Source: Stegostoma tigrinum
Lineage: Eukaryota
DNA: 64,000 nt
Assembly (NCBI RefSeq): GCF_030684315.1
Contig: NC_081366.1
Location: forward strand, 23,255,410 to 23,319,409
Reading direction: 5' to 3'
Shown: in pieces, positions 36,561 to 47,649 of the stretch
Position numbering within the stretch: position 1 is the stretch's first letter
How the letters are laid out: each line of letters starts with the position of its first letter
Notes under the pieces: model-generated
What the model was told of the DNA's origin: nothing
Databases searched by the model: none
Seen by the model: the letters and a program-made list of their open reading frames with translations, nothing else
Program-made: the position numbers and the translations under genes

Positions 36561-37374
36561 ACATCTTCACTCTCCATGTAGAGCTTGCATCAGTATTGTT
36601 CATAGATTTTACACAAACTACACCAGATACCACCAGGGTCTTGTGCCACAAATTTCAATTGTGCAAAAGATTCATTCTCACTCAATGTATTCTTTAAAAA
36701 AGTTTTTAAAAATTTACATCATAAATTTTAATTAGCAGCCAAACAAGAATTTTCTCCAGTTGAGCGTCGAAAGTCACTGGAACTTCAGCCGAGTGGAAAT
36801 ATTTCTCATTTCATTGCTGGCTGTGGTGCACAGTTTGTGAAAGATTAGAATTATTTAACGTATCTATTCTGAATAAATACTGGTAACCCACCCAAATAAA
36901 ATTCTGCTACATCACCAAACGTTTGAATAAAAAAAGTTACTTTTTAAAGGGCGGATTTAGGGAGAGGTGAAGGTAGTATTGGTGATCGTGGTGTACTCAA
37001 CTTTCCATGCCTGCATGGCCAAGAAAAACGTCACTTAAGACACATCACAGCTACATCAACACTCCGCTTCGTACGGCTTTAAACATTAAAAACTTGTTAC
37101 GAGGACAAACCAGCACACTTGGAAAAACAAACGTTTCAAAAGAAAAATCGGGAGTTAGATGAGGTATTTGGAAGTCATTCACACGGCCGTTTAACAATCG
37201 AGGACCACAGCCCACCCTGGGCATTTAAGTCTAGAACGAACACTAAGCAGGAAAATAAATAAAACAAATATATATAAATAAAAGTTCACTATGGTACATA
37301 TGGCGATTTTCTTGGCTTTTGAAGCAACATTTTCCATTCCAACTAGCACGCCAACTTAAGGCACGCAACACCCA

Positions 37375-38252
37375 CTAGCGGCAGGTACAGGTCGTAGCGA
37401 TCATGTCTTCGTACTCTTTGTAAACTATAGAGCCATCGTTTTCCAGGGTTAACACGCTCAGTGGATTATATTTGGCGGGGACACAGGAAGGGCGAGGAAC
37501 TGAAGAATCCACTTTTTCGTAGAGGATGTTCTGGATCAAAGTGTGCACAGGGGAGCCGTAGCGGTGGCTCAGTGCCCGGGGACAGCTGCCCTTGCAGAAG
37601 CGAGGGTTGTAGTTATGCGGTGCAATGATCCAGCGGTCCCACCGGAGCTGGCTAAAAGACAGTCGGAAGTCATGCAGCTGACACTCGTGATCCGGGTACG
37701 GGAAAGGCGGAAAGGCAGCGGGAAGCGCCTGCTCACCACCTTGGGGATCTCTGCGGAGTCGGATGGATCTCACGGCCACCTTCCTCCCCTTCCGTCCACC
37801 GGAGAGGAGGCTTCTCTGGGCATCCGTCGGCAGCCAACTCCGATGTGACTCTTCGCCGGTGTCGTTGAGGAACAGGAGCAGGGAAGGAGCCGGCAGGCTC
37901 GGTCTGAGCCCGCTGCGACCTCCCTGTCTCCGGCAGGCCTCGGTGCACTTATAGGTGAACACCGCGTGTAGCTGCCCCCGGTCGGGGCCGATGAACGGCT
38001 GCAGGAAGGAGGAGAGTTCCACCTCCAACCACTGGCGCCTCTTGCGGCGTTCGAAGCGAAGGCGGAAGGTGTATGAATGCGGAGAGCTGGAGCACATCTG
38101 AGCATGATCCCCCTCCTGGACGGTGAAGCTGCAGTTACACACAGTCGGAAAGCACGCTGATTTATCGATGGGGTACAGGAACACTGATCGGAGCAATTGC
38201 TCCCGCGAGGTCACAGGATCCAAGCCATAAAATACATCCTGTTCAAACGCAT
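37375..38252 (-). CDS. GDF9: Growth differentiation factor 9, exon 2 (prodomain C-terminus and mature TGF-beta domain)
   Basis: Acceptor cccctttctttgcAG at 38253-38254, phase 1. RLRR at 37750-37761 precedes ECQLHDFRLSFSQLRWDRWIIAPHNYNPRFCKGSCPR...YGSPVHT...VPRPSCVP...YKEYEDMIATTCTCR. The dimerisation Cys is replaced by Ser (PSC), as in GDF9/BMP15. Confidence 0.98.
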
Positions 38253-38779
38253 CTGCAAAGAAAGGGGAGGAATTGACATGAAACTCAAATGTCAATATGG
38301 GACAGGAACCAATGGGTTTTAAAACTAAAGCCCAAAATTGTTTTAAAAGCAAGTTGAATTGCTTTTAAAATGCAAATAACCTCGCAGTTGTAATAGACAT
38401 TAACAATAACGACTGTAACCACCCCCGCCAAAGCTAAAGCCTAAAATAATTTTAAAAACAAGGTGAATTGAGTTAAAGATGCAAGCAATTTGTTATTGAT
38501 AGGATTGAAATTAAATTACCTACCAACCCACCCACCCCCAAAAATCAGAGGGCGCAGTTGTAACGTGTTCATAAATTTGGTCCTTTTCAATCTACAACAA
38601 TCGTAAGAGACGCTGAACATGCTTCTATTCAAGTCTTTTTAACACCAGAATCTTGTAATCAATGGAGTTTAAAAATGTATTTCCCTCCGCTCTTCACAGA
38701 AAAAGCAATGTAGAGATTATGTATGAAATAAATAATGATGTTTGAAGAGCAAGTATCTACATTCTAAATTCGATGTTAC

Positions 38780-39113
38780 CTTCCGCGTCACGGAATTCGA
38801 CCCGGGGTTTCAGCAACCTCACAGTATTATATTGCTGAGCTGCAGGTCTTTTCGGTATTCCATCTTGCGTAGCGCACTTAGTATATAGTCTTTTCATGTA
38901 TTTTAAATCGGGTTTTGTAGGAATCTGATAGTCCCAGCCGGGCTTTTCCGTTAACACTTTTAGAAGAGGAACCGGGATATAATCCTGGGGATTTGAGGTT
39001 ACCTCTGGACCGGCAGAGCTGACGGATGTGGTGAGAGAGATACAGCTACTTAACAACGCTAACCAAACACTGTAATGAAGATGCATTATAGCGCCTTTTA
39101 CACGGCGCATCAT
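38780..39113 (-). CDS. GDF9: Growth differentiation factor 9, exon 1 (signal peptide and prodomain N-terminus); start at 39113, 39110 or 39086
   Basis: Hydrophobic signal (YSVWLALLSSCISL) and GDF9 motifs PLLKVL, YMKRLY, ATQDGIPK, YNTVRL. Donor GAAG|GTAACA at 38779, phase 1. Total 394-403 aa depending on the ATG. Confidence 0.95.
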
Positions 39114-39181
39114 TCTCAAAACGAAGATTAAGCCGCCACTAACCCACTCAAAAAAGTTACTCAGCTCAATAGAATTAGAAA

Positions 39182-39320
39182 CAGATGGTCTCTGACCCTT
39201 ATAAAGAGGCTGTAATCGGAAGGGGGGGGGGTGTAGTGCGGAGAGGGAGTGTGAGTCAATAATCTTATTAAGGCTATTAAGAAACATAATTTAATAATCG
39301 GTAAAGTGACGACCCTTATA
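39182..39320 (-). promoter_or_regulatory. GDF9: Probable GDF9 proximal promoter (TATA-like elements, E-box, TAAT cluster)
   Basis: TTTATAAGGG on minus at 39196-39205; CAGATG at 39182-39187; several TAAT/ATTA sites at 39214-39300. Confidence 0.55.
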
Positions 39321-40129
39321 TGACACGCAAGAATACTGAGATTGTGATGAATGTGAATTAAAGATCAACACGGTTTGTCAATCTGGAACAAGACTTGCAT
39401 TACCAGATTATGAATTAATCAGAAAAAGTGAAGTAACTCGTGATAAAGCTGCCACTTCAAAGTTTCATTTTTAAGACTTTTCAATTATTTATTATGACTT
39501 CGCTGCTCCTTATATACCCCCCCTTCCCCCACTTGTTTTGTGACTCCTTTCTTTGCCATTATTGTTTAGTTGTGGGTGTAGGTGATAGTCTTGCATTAGC
39601 CGCCTTCACTATTAACGTTAATTCCGATCTCCCACAAGTTTCATTTCACGTCCGTGATTCTAATTCCCAGTCTGCTGTTAATTTTTCCTACCTTTTGCAA
39701 CCTGTGTAGCTGCTAATATGTCCCACGAGTTGCCTAAAGGGGTTTCCTTAGCAGTAACAGATTTGGATCAGTAAATCGATTTGATTATCGTTTTAGTTAC
39801 AAATGCGTGGTATTGGAGTGCTCAGAACAAATCGCTTGAAATTTTAATCCTCTCTTCATAGATGTGCCAGGGCTGTTAAGTGCATTATTTTCCGGTTTTA
39901 TTCACGATTCCCAGCAAATGTATTGGGTTTTTCCTGTCTCCGTACGGCATTAAACATGAGACAGAGTTGAGGAAAAGTAGGTGGTCAGGTTTTATAAACA
40001 CTTGAATATGCGAAAACACTTTTTGCATTTGTTTTAGATGTTCAAAGTGTATGCTGTGGTTTTAAATGGTCACGTTATACCTGTGTCTTGTTATTTAGGA
40101 ATGTCTATATAATTTACATGCCTAATATT

Positions 40130-40900
40130 TACTGTTGAGAAGGTGGTGAGCTGCCTTCTGTCACACTAATGAAGATACTCCTACAGAGTTGTTGTGAGAC
40201 TGAGGAGGATTTTGATCTGGTGACTTAAGATGAAGGGCAATGTTTTCAAACTGGGATGATTGAGGGCAACTTGTGAGTAGTGGTGCCCCTTTGTGTCTGC
40301 TGTCCTTCACCTTCCATTTGCTAAAGCTTGAAACATCTTGTTGAAGACTTCTTGGAAAGTGGCTGTAGTACACCTTGGTTGTTGGCATACACTGTTTGCA
40401 CCATTGCAATGATGGTGGAATGAGTGAACTTTGAAGGTGCTAGATAGGATACTCTTCTAGCATCCTGCCTTATCCTGGATGTTGAGTTTTGCCACTGTCC
40501 TCATTCAGGCAAGTGAGGAGTATGTCATCTTATTCTTGACCTGTGGCTTGTGAATGGTAGATGTGGTTTAGTATGTTAGATCTGTCATCTGCAGAATACC
40601 CAGCCTCCTTCCTTCACTGCCAATCACTGCTTATATGGCTAGTTTCAGTTTGGGCTTCTGGTAAATGGGGCCTTTTTTGGTGTTCATGTTAGGAAAAATC
40701 CATGATTTGTAATGTTGAGGGAAATGATTGAAAGTGGTCGAAGCTATGCTGTATGTGGGTGTAGGTTGTTTCACTTCTTTAGAAGCTGTGAATGGAATCA
40801 CTGGGCAATGTCCCACTTTTGACTTCTTGTGATGGAAGGAACAGCTTTGAAAAAGCTGTAGATAGATTAACTTGGGATAATGACCTGAGGAATTGTTGGA
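40130..40900 (-). mobile_element. Old LINE 3' fragment (L2/CR1-related)
   Basis: Begins ttgagaaggtggtgagctgccttc and is colinear with 14130-15010. Confidence 0.6.
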
Positions 40901-41334
40901 TGCTCTAGCATCTCAAAAGCAAAATTTTGTGCATTCTGGAGATCTAGAAAAGAATTAAATTGGAAACCACTCTGGTCTGGTAACTCTATATGGAACAAGA
41001 AATGATTCATTTTTTAAAGTCAAATGTAAATTATCTTCAGAATGATGAATGGTAGAAATATGATGGAGTATTATGCTCTTTGAAAATAAGAGAGTGTCGG
41101 GTGGAGAAACCCATTCCTGACCGACCTTCTGTTTCACCTTTCAGTTTTTTAGATGGTTGCATATTGCATATCTGTTCTCAGAAATTTATATGATGCTTTG
41201 TTCTATTTTTAGATGCTAGCAGATTGTAACCTAGTCTACTTTCAGATGCAGAAGTAACATCTTTTTTAGTTGCTCTCATTGTGCATTATTATTTTCAATT
41301 TTAAAAAGCTACTGGGAGGTTTTTAAAAAAAAAT

Positions 41335-42240
41335 TAGTCTGCAGTATACAGCATTGAAATGGACCGTTTGGTCCAACTCATCCATTCTGACCAGATATCC
41401 TAAATAAATTTAGACCGATTTGGCTCATGTCCTTCTCAACTCTTTGTTTCTACTCTCCCCTAGATGCACTTTAAACTGTTGTAATTGTACCAGCCTGCAT
41501 CACCTCATCTGGCAGCTCGCTCCACGTGTGCACTACCTTCTCTGTGGAAAAAGGTGCTCCTTCGTCCTTAAATCTCTTCCCCTCTCACCTTAAACGTATG
41601 TCTTCTAGTTTTGGAATTGCCCCACGCTGAGGAAATGACCTTTGTCTATTTACCCTATCCATGCCACTCATGATCATTTATAAACCTCTATAAGATCACC
41701 GCTCTGCCTCCATCACTCCAGGAAAAATAACCCCAGCCTATTCAGCCTCTTCCTGAAGCTCAAACCCTCCAACCCTGGCAACATATTTGTAAATCTTTTC
41801 TAAGCCCTTTTGAGTTTCACATAATCCTTCCTATAGGAGGGAGACCAGAATTGCATGCAGCAATTCATAAGTGGCTGAACCAATGTCTTGTGCAGCTGCA
41901 ACATGACCTCCCAACCCCTATATGCCATGAGCTGGCCAATAACAAAAGCCTTCTTCATTGTCCTGTCTACCTGCCACAGCCCTCCAAGGTCTCTTTGTTC
42001 AGCAACACACTCCAGGACCTTACCATTCAGTGTACACGTCCTGCCCTGATTTGCCTTTCTAAAATGCAGCAGCTCCCATTCATCTAAATTAAACTCCATC
42101 TGTCACTCTTCGGGCCATTGGCCATCTGATCAATATCCATCGTACTCTGAGGTAACCTTCGCAGTCCTTAACACCTCCAAATCTTAGTGTCATCTGCAAA
42201 CTTACTAACAATACTTCCTATATTCGTATCCAAGTAGTAA
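41335..42240 (-). mobile_element. CR1-clade LINE 3' fragment
   Basis: VSKFADDTKI, MEFNLDEWELLHFRKANQGR, MLQLHKTLVQP...QFWSP. Confidence 0.9.
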
Positions 42241-42793
42241 AATGCAGAAGTAAAGTGTAAATCTGTTGGGTCTGTACTGGAATACTGTTCTGTCATTCTA
42301 ATTTGACTATACTTTTTGGAAAATATGTTTTTAATATTTGCAGAGGCATAGTGCAGATGCACCTGACAGGGGCACCTTTAGATCAACAGGTTTCTTGAAC
42401 TTTATTTGAGATCAACTGAATTTGGAAAGTATTGAGCTCACAAAGGAAGCAGATACAGATAAACAGTATACACTATTTGGGGAATCCTGAACAAGGGGTC
42501 AGAATCTTAATTTCCCTTTTTAGGAGGTGAAATAATTAAGCACTTTTTTTTAAAACAAGAAGTGGAAGTGAGAAACTCTACCTCAAAGAGCTCATGAAGC
42601 TAACTCAATTGAGATTTTTAAGATTGGTTTGAAAGGTTTTGTTTAACAAGGGTATTTGGGGATAAAGTGGGTAAATTGGGTTAAGATGCTGGACTGCAGA
42701 AAAGGTTAAGAGACTGAATGACCTTTTTGTGTCCCTCTATTTCCAAACACTTACACATTTGTCTCTGTTTTAAGAGCTCACACATTGTACATT

Positions 42794-42823
42794 CTGATGA
42801 AGGGTCTAGGCCCGAAACGTTAG
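42794..42823 (+). ncRNA. Minimal type-I hammerhead ribozyme motif (Penelope-associated), intact core; element extends to ~42920
   Basis: CUGAUGA-A-GGGU(CUAG)GCCC-GAAA-C-GUU; conserved core intact, NUH triplet GUU, palindromic ACGU stem III. Confidence 0.7.
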
Positions 42824-43116
42824 CTTTTGTGCTCCTCTGATGCTGCTTTGCCTGCTGTGTTCATGCAGCTCCACACTTTGTTATCTTGGATTCTCCAGCA
42901 TCTGCAGTTCCCATTATCTCTTGTACTTTCTAGTGCTCATTTTACTTTTGTTTTATTTTAATTACTTACATTTGTTGCATATTCTGAATTAGTCCTAATC
43001 AAGAATTGTTGAACATGGAAATCAAGACTGACACCCTAATCCAATAATCAAGGAGTGCTGCATTGCCTGAGGTAATCTTTTCAATGAGATTCAAAAGTTG
43101 TTGGGAGTAGATGGAA

Positions 43117-43261
43117 GAGATAGTAGGAACTGCAGATGCTGGAGAATCCGAGAGAACAAAGTGTGGGGCGAGATGAACACAGCAGGCCAAGCAACATCAG
43201 AGGAGCAGGAAAGCTGACGTTTCAGGCCTACACCCTTCCAAAATGTCAGCTTTCCTGCTCC
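43117..43261 (-). mobile_element. Penelope-terminus element with a short fold-back and 15-bp TSD
   Basis: TSD tgggagtagatggaa at 43102-43116 and 43262-43276. Confidence 0.85.
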
Positions 43262-43740
43262 TGGGAGTAGATGGAAAGTAGTTTTTAAGCCATAAACACA
43301 TTAACTATGATTTTTTGGAAAATGGTGAAGTAAGTAGCCTGAATGGTCTAGCCATGCTCTTAATTTGTATACTAAATTGAGGCCCATATACTCCAAAGGG
43401 AATGTAAAAGATCCTATGGCATCGGCTGAAAAGAAGGTTTTGTTTTGGGGGTTGGATGCATTATTTCCCAGTGTCCAGAATGTTATTTATCGCCTAGCTG
43501 TCGATCTATAAAATTAAAACTTTATCCAGCTGCAATCACCATTCTGTTCATGGGAACTTTGTGCATAAATTGTCTTCTGTGTTGCTTGCATTGCAACAGT
43601 AATTGTACTTATTGACTGTAAAGCATCTGGTGGTTGTGATAAATGAATACATGATTTTATGAATCAATAATTTTATCATGACATTTTTACGTGAGAAATT
43701 CAACAAACTACAGTGAAAAGTTTCACATGTTGCTACAATA

Positions 43741-43934
43741 CTGTTTGAGACAATGGGAACTGCAGATGCTGGAGAATCCAAGATAACAAAGTGTGGAGCT
43801 GGATGAACGCAGCAGGCTAAGCAGCATCTCAGGAGCACAAAAGCTGATGTTTCAAGAAGGGTCGAGGCCCGAAACGTCAGCTCCTGAGATGCTGCTTGGC
43901 CTTCTGTGCTCATCCAGCTCCATACTTTGTTATC
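43741..43934. mobile_element. Fold-back Penelope-terminus element with 11-bp TSD
   Basis: Inverted arms around ~43855; TSD ttgctacaata at 43730-43740 and 43935-43945. Confidence 0.85.
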
Positions 43935-44079
43935 TTGCTACAATATGGTGCTATTTTGATACTTTTAAGAAAAATGATATATCACTTAAAGTGAAGTCAA
44001 TCTACATTAAAGTTCTGACCCTCTCAGAGCTCAACTGTCCCTCGTTGATGTCTATGTCAGACCCAACTAATGTCAATAC

Positions 44080-47000
44080 TAAAACAGAAATTGCTGGAAA
44101 AGCTCAGCAGGTCTGGCAGCATCAGTGAAGAGAAATCAGTGTTAACGTGTCAGGTCAAGTGACTTCTCAGAACTGATGGTAGCCAGGAAAAGTGTTTTTT
44201 TTTAAAGCAGAAGATTGAGTAGGGGAGATGATCAGTAGTAAACAATAAGTGGAGATAGAGCCCAAGGGGAGCGAGAAGAGCTGTTTATACAGACAAAGGA
44301 GTGAATAATGATTAGCCTAGGAGAATGAAGAGCTACTAAATACAAAACAATGGGTTGTGTATAATAGCAGACCAGTGATAACCAAGCCGAGTGAGGGGTT
44401 TGGGGGAAGGACATGGGAGAAGGTGCCTCAAGCCCTAAAATTGTTGAATTCAATATTGGGTACAGAAGGCTGTAGAGTTCTCAAGTGGAAAGTTAGGTGA
44501 TTCAGAGATAGTAGGAACGGCAGATGCAAGAGAATCTGAGATAACAAGGTGTAGAGTTGGATGAATGCAGCAGGCCAAGCAGCGTCAGAGAAGCAAGAAA
44601 GCTGACATTTCAGGCAATAGACAATAGGTGCAGGAGTAGGCCATTCAGCCCTTTGAGCCAGCACCACCATTCGTTATGATCACGGCTGATCATCCACAAT
44701 CAGTATCCTGTTCCTGACTTATCCCCACAACCCTTGATTCCACTATCTTAAAGAGTTCTATCTATCTCTTTCTTGAAAGTATCCAGAGACTTGGCCTCCA
44801 TTGCCTTCGGGGCCTAGACACTTCTTCAGAAGTGGGGAGGGGGGTTCTGAAATAAATAGGGAGAGAGGGGGAGGCAGATAGAAGATAGGGAGAGAGGAAA
44901 TAGACAGACAGGTCAAAGAGGTGGGGATGGAACCAGTAAAGGTGAGTGTAGGTGGGGAGTTAGGGAGGGGATAGGTCAGTCCAGGGAGGATGGACAGGTC
45001 AAGGGGATTGGATGAGGCTAGTAGGTAGGAGATGGGGGTGGGGCTTGAGGTGGGAGGAGGTGGCCCAGGATGGACATGTTGTTTAAGGAATGGGAGGGGG
45101 GAGTTGAAATGGTTCATGACTGGGAGGTGCACTTGTTTAGTGCAAACTGAGTTTAGGTGTTCTGCAAAACCTCTGCTTGGCTTCCCCGATTTGTAGAGGA
45201 GGCCACATCTGGAATTGCAGATACAGTATATCACGTTAGTAGATGTGTAAGTGAAAATCTGCTTGCTACGGAAGGTCTTCTTGGGGCCTGGGATGGGGCT
45301 GCAGGGGGAGGTGTAGCACTTCCTGTGGTTGCAAGGAAAAGTGCCGGGTGTGGTGGTGTTGCAGGGGAGTGTGGAATGGACAAGGGAGCCACGGAGAGAG
45401 TGGTCCCTCTGGAAGATAGATAAGGCGGTGAGGCGAAAAATGTCTTTGGTGGTGGGGTCAGAATGCAGATGGCAGAAGTGTCGGAGGATGATGCGTTGGA
45501 TTCGGAGTTTGGTCGGGTGGTACGTGAGGATGAGGGGGATTCAGTTTAGTTGTTACTGGGGGGAGGGGATGTAAGGAATGAGTTGTGGGAAACGCAGGAG
45601 ACATGGTTGAGGGCGTTCTCGACCACTGAGGGGGGGCAAGTTGTGGTCCTTGAAAAACAAGGACATCTGAGATGTTCAGGAATGGAATCCCTCATCCTGG
45701 GAGCAGATGTGGCAGAGGTGAAGGAACTAGGAATAGGGGATGGCATTTTTGTAGGAAGGTGTGTGGGAGGAGGTGTATTCTAGGTAGCTGTGGAATTCGG
45801 TGGGCTTGAAATGGATATTGGTTTCCAGTTGGTTGCCAGAGATGGAAACAGAGGTAAAGTAGGAGAGAGAGAGAGAGAGGTATCAGAGTTAGTTTCTTTC
45901 CAAGTGAACTTAATTTTGGGGTGAAAGGTGTTGGTGAAGTGGTCACATCTGCTCCCACGATGAGGCATTCCACTCCCTAACATCACGGATGTCCTTGTTT
46001 TCAAAGACCACAACTCCAAACCCTCCCACCCTGCCGGTGGTCGAGAATTCCCTTGACCATGTCTGCCGTATTTCCCATAACTCATCCCTCATACTCCCTC
46101 CCTGCAACAACAACCAAAACTGAATCCCCCTCACGCTCACGTACCACCCCACTAACCTCCAGGTCTAACACATCATCCTCCGACACTTCCGCCATCTGCA
46201 AACAGACCCCACCACCAAAGACATTTTTCCCGCCCAACCCTTATCTGCTTTCCAGAGGGACCACTCTCTCCATGACTCCCTTGTCCATTCCACACAGCCC
46301 TCCAGCCCCAGCACTTTCCCTGCACCTGCAGGAAGTGCTACACTTGCCCCTATGCCCCACCCCAAGCCTCAAAAAGACCTTCCACAACAAGCAGATGTTC
46401 ACCAGCACATCTAATGTGGTATATTGTATCCGCTGTTCCAGATTTGGCCTCCTCTACACTGGGGAAACCAAGTGGAGGCTTGGGGGCTGCTTTGCAGAAC
46501 ACCTACACTCGGTTTGCACTAAACAACGGCACCTACCAGTTGCGAACCATTTCAACGCACCCTCCCATTCTGCAAATGACTTGTCCATCCTGGGCCTCCT
46601 GCAATACCACATCGATGCCACCCGAAAGTTGCAGGAACAGCAACTCATTCCACTTCGGAACCCTGCAGCCCAATGGTATCAATGTGGACTTCACAAGCTT
46701 CAAAATCTCCCTTCCCCTACCGCATCCCAAAACAAGCCAGGATTGTTTCCACCTCCCTAGCCTGTTCTTCCTCCCACCAAGCTCCTCATCCCATTCCCTT
46801 GACCTGTCCGTCCTCCCTGGACTAACATATCCCCTCCCTAACTCGCCACCTACACTCACCTTTACTGGCTCCATCCCCACCTCTTTGACCTGTCTGTCTC
46901 CTTTTACCTATCTTCTATCTGCCTCCCCCTCTCTCCCTATTTATTTCAGAACTCACCTCCTCTCCCCAATTTATGAAGAAGGTCTAGGCCTGAAATGTCA

Positions 47001-47530
47001 GTTTTCATGCTCCTCTGCTACTTGGCCTGCTATGTTCATCCAGCTCTATACCTTGCCTCAAATTAGGTGCTGTTCTTCGAGCTAGTGCTGAGCTTTGCTG
47101 GAGCACTGGAAGCTCAGGGTCATTTTTGCACGTAGAATGTAGATGTTCGGCGAAGTGGCCACCCAATCTAAGCTTCATTGTCCATTTTTTTAGGGTCTGA
47201 CCTCTCCCATATCCTGGACCTCTACCCTTATTATCACTTGGCCTGCCATTACACACTACCTATAGCTACTAATAGTCTCTATTAACAGCTATTCACCCTC
47301 CTAACCAGATTGTTATCAACTCCTATGTCTGTCCAACGGTTCTTCTGTCTTTGGGCTGTATCCCCACCAATTGTTTACTCCTCATCCCCTACCTTCTGCA
47401 TATAAACGTACATTTTTCCAGCTACCATCAGTTCTGAGGAAGGGTCTCCGGACCCAAAACGTTAACTCTGAATTTTCTTCACAGATGCTGCCAGACCCGC
47501 TGAGCTTTTCCAGCGACTTCTGTTTTTGTT
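44080..47530. mobile_element. Nested composite: outer fold-back element (44080-44500, 47060-47530) containing an inverted Penelope pair (~44504-47058), which contains a CR1 tail (~44615-44806)
   Basis: Outer termini are reverse complements. The inner plus copy encodes NVVYCIRCSRFGLLYTGETKWRLGGCFAEH (GIY-YIG); the inner minus copy repeats it. ttaggtg flanks the inner pair on both sides. Confidence 0.85.
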
Positions 47531-47649
47531 CCATCCTTACCTGATCAGGCTTCTATGTAACTCCAGACCCACATAGGTTGACTCTTAACTGTCGTCTGGA
47601 CACTTGGGAATAAGCAATAAATGCTGTCTGGCCAGCAATGCCCTCATCC

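Noticed and set aside
37543-38105. Overlapping alternative-frame and antisense ORFs in GDF9 exon 2
   Set aside because: Expected by-product of high GC content and few stop codons; no recognisable protein motifs.
38253-38352. N-terminal extension of the 325-aa ORF (MLLKQFWALV...)
   Set aside because: It lies in the GDF9 intron upstream of a clear polypyrimidine/AG acceptor at 38253-38254; the frame is simply open.
37375-39113. Alternative identification as BMP15
   Set aside because: Both lack the dimerisation Cys, but GSPVHT, LHDFRLSFSQL, EYEDMIAT and linkage to UQCRQ and LEAP2 are GDF9 features.
39114-39287. Upstream part of the 176-aa ORF (MFLNSLNK...)
   Set aside because: It runs through the TATA-like element and promoter; the signal peptide and GDF9 homology begin only after 39113.
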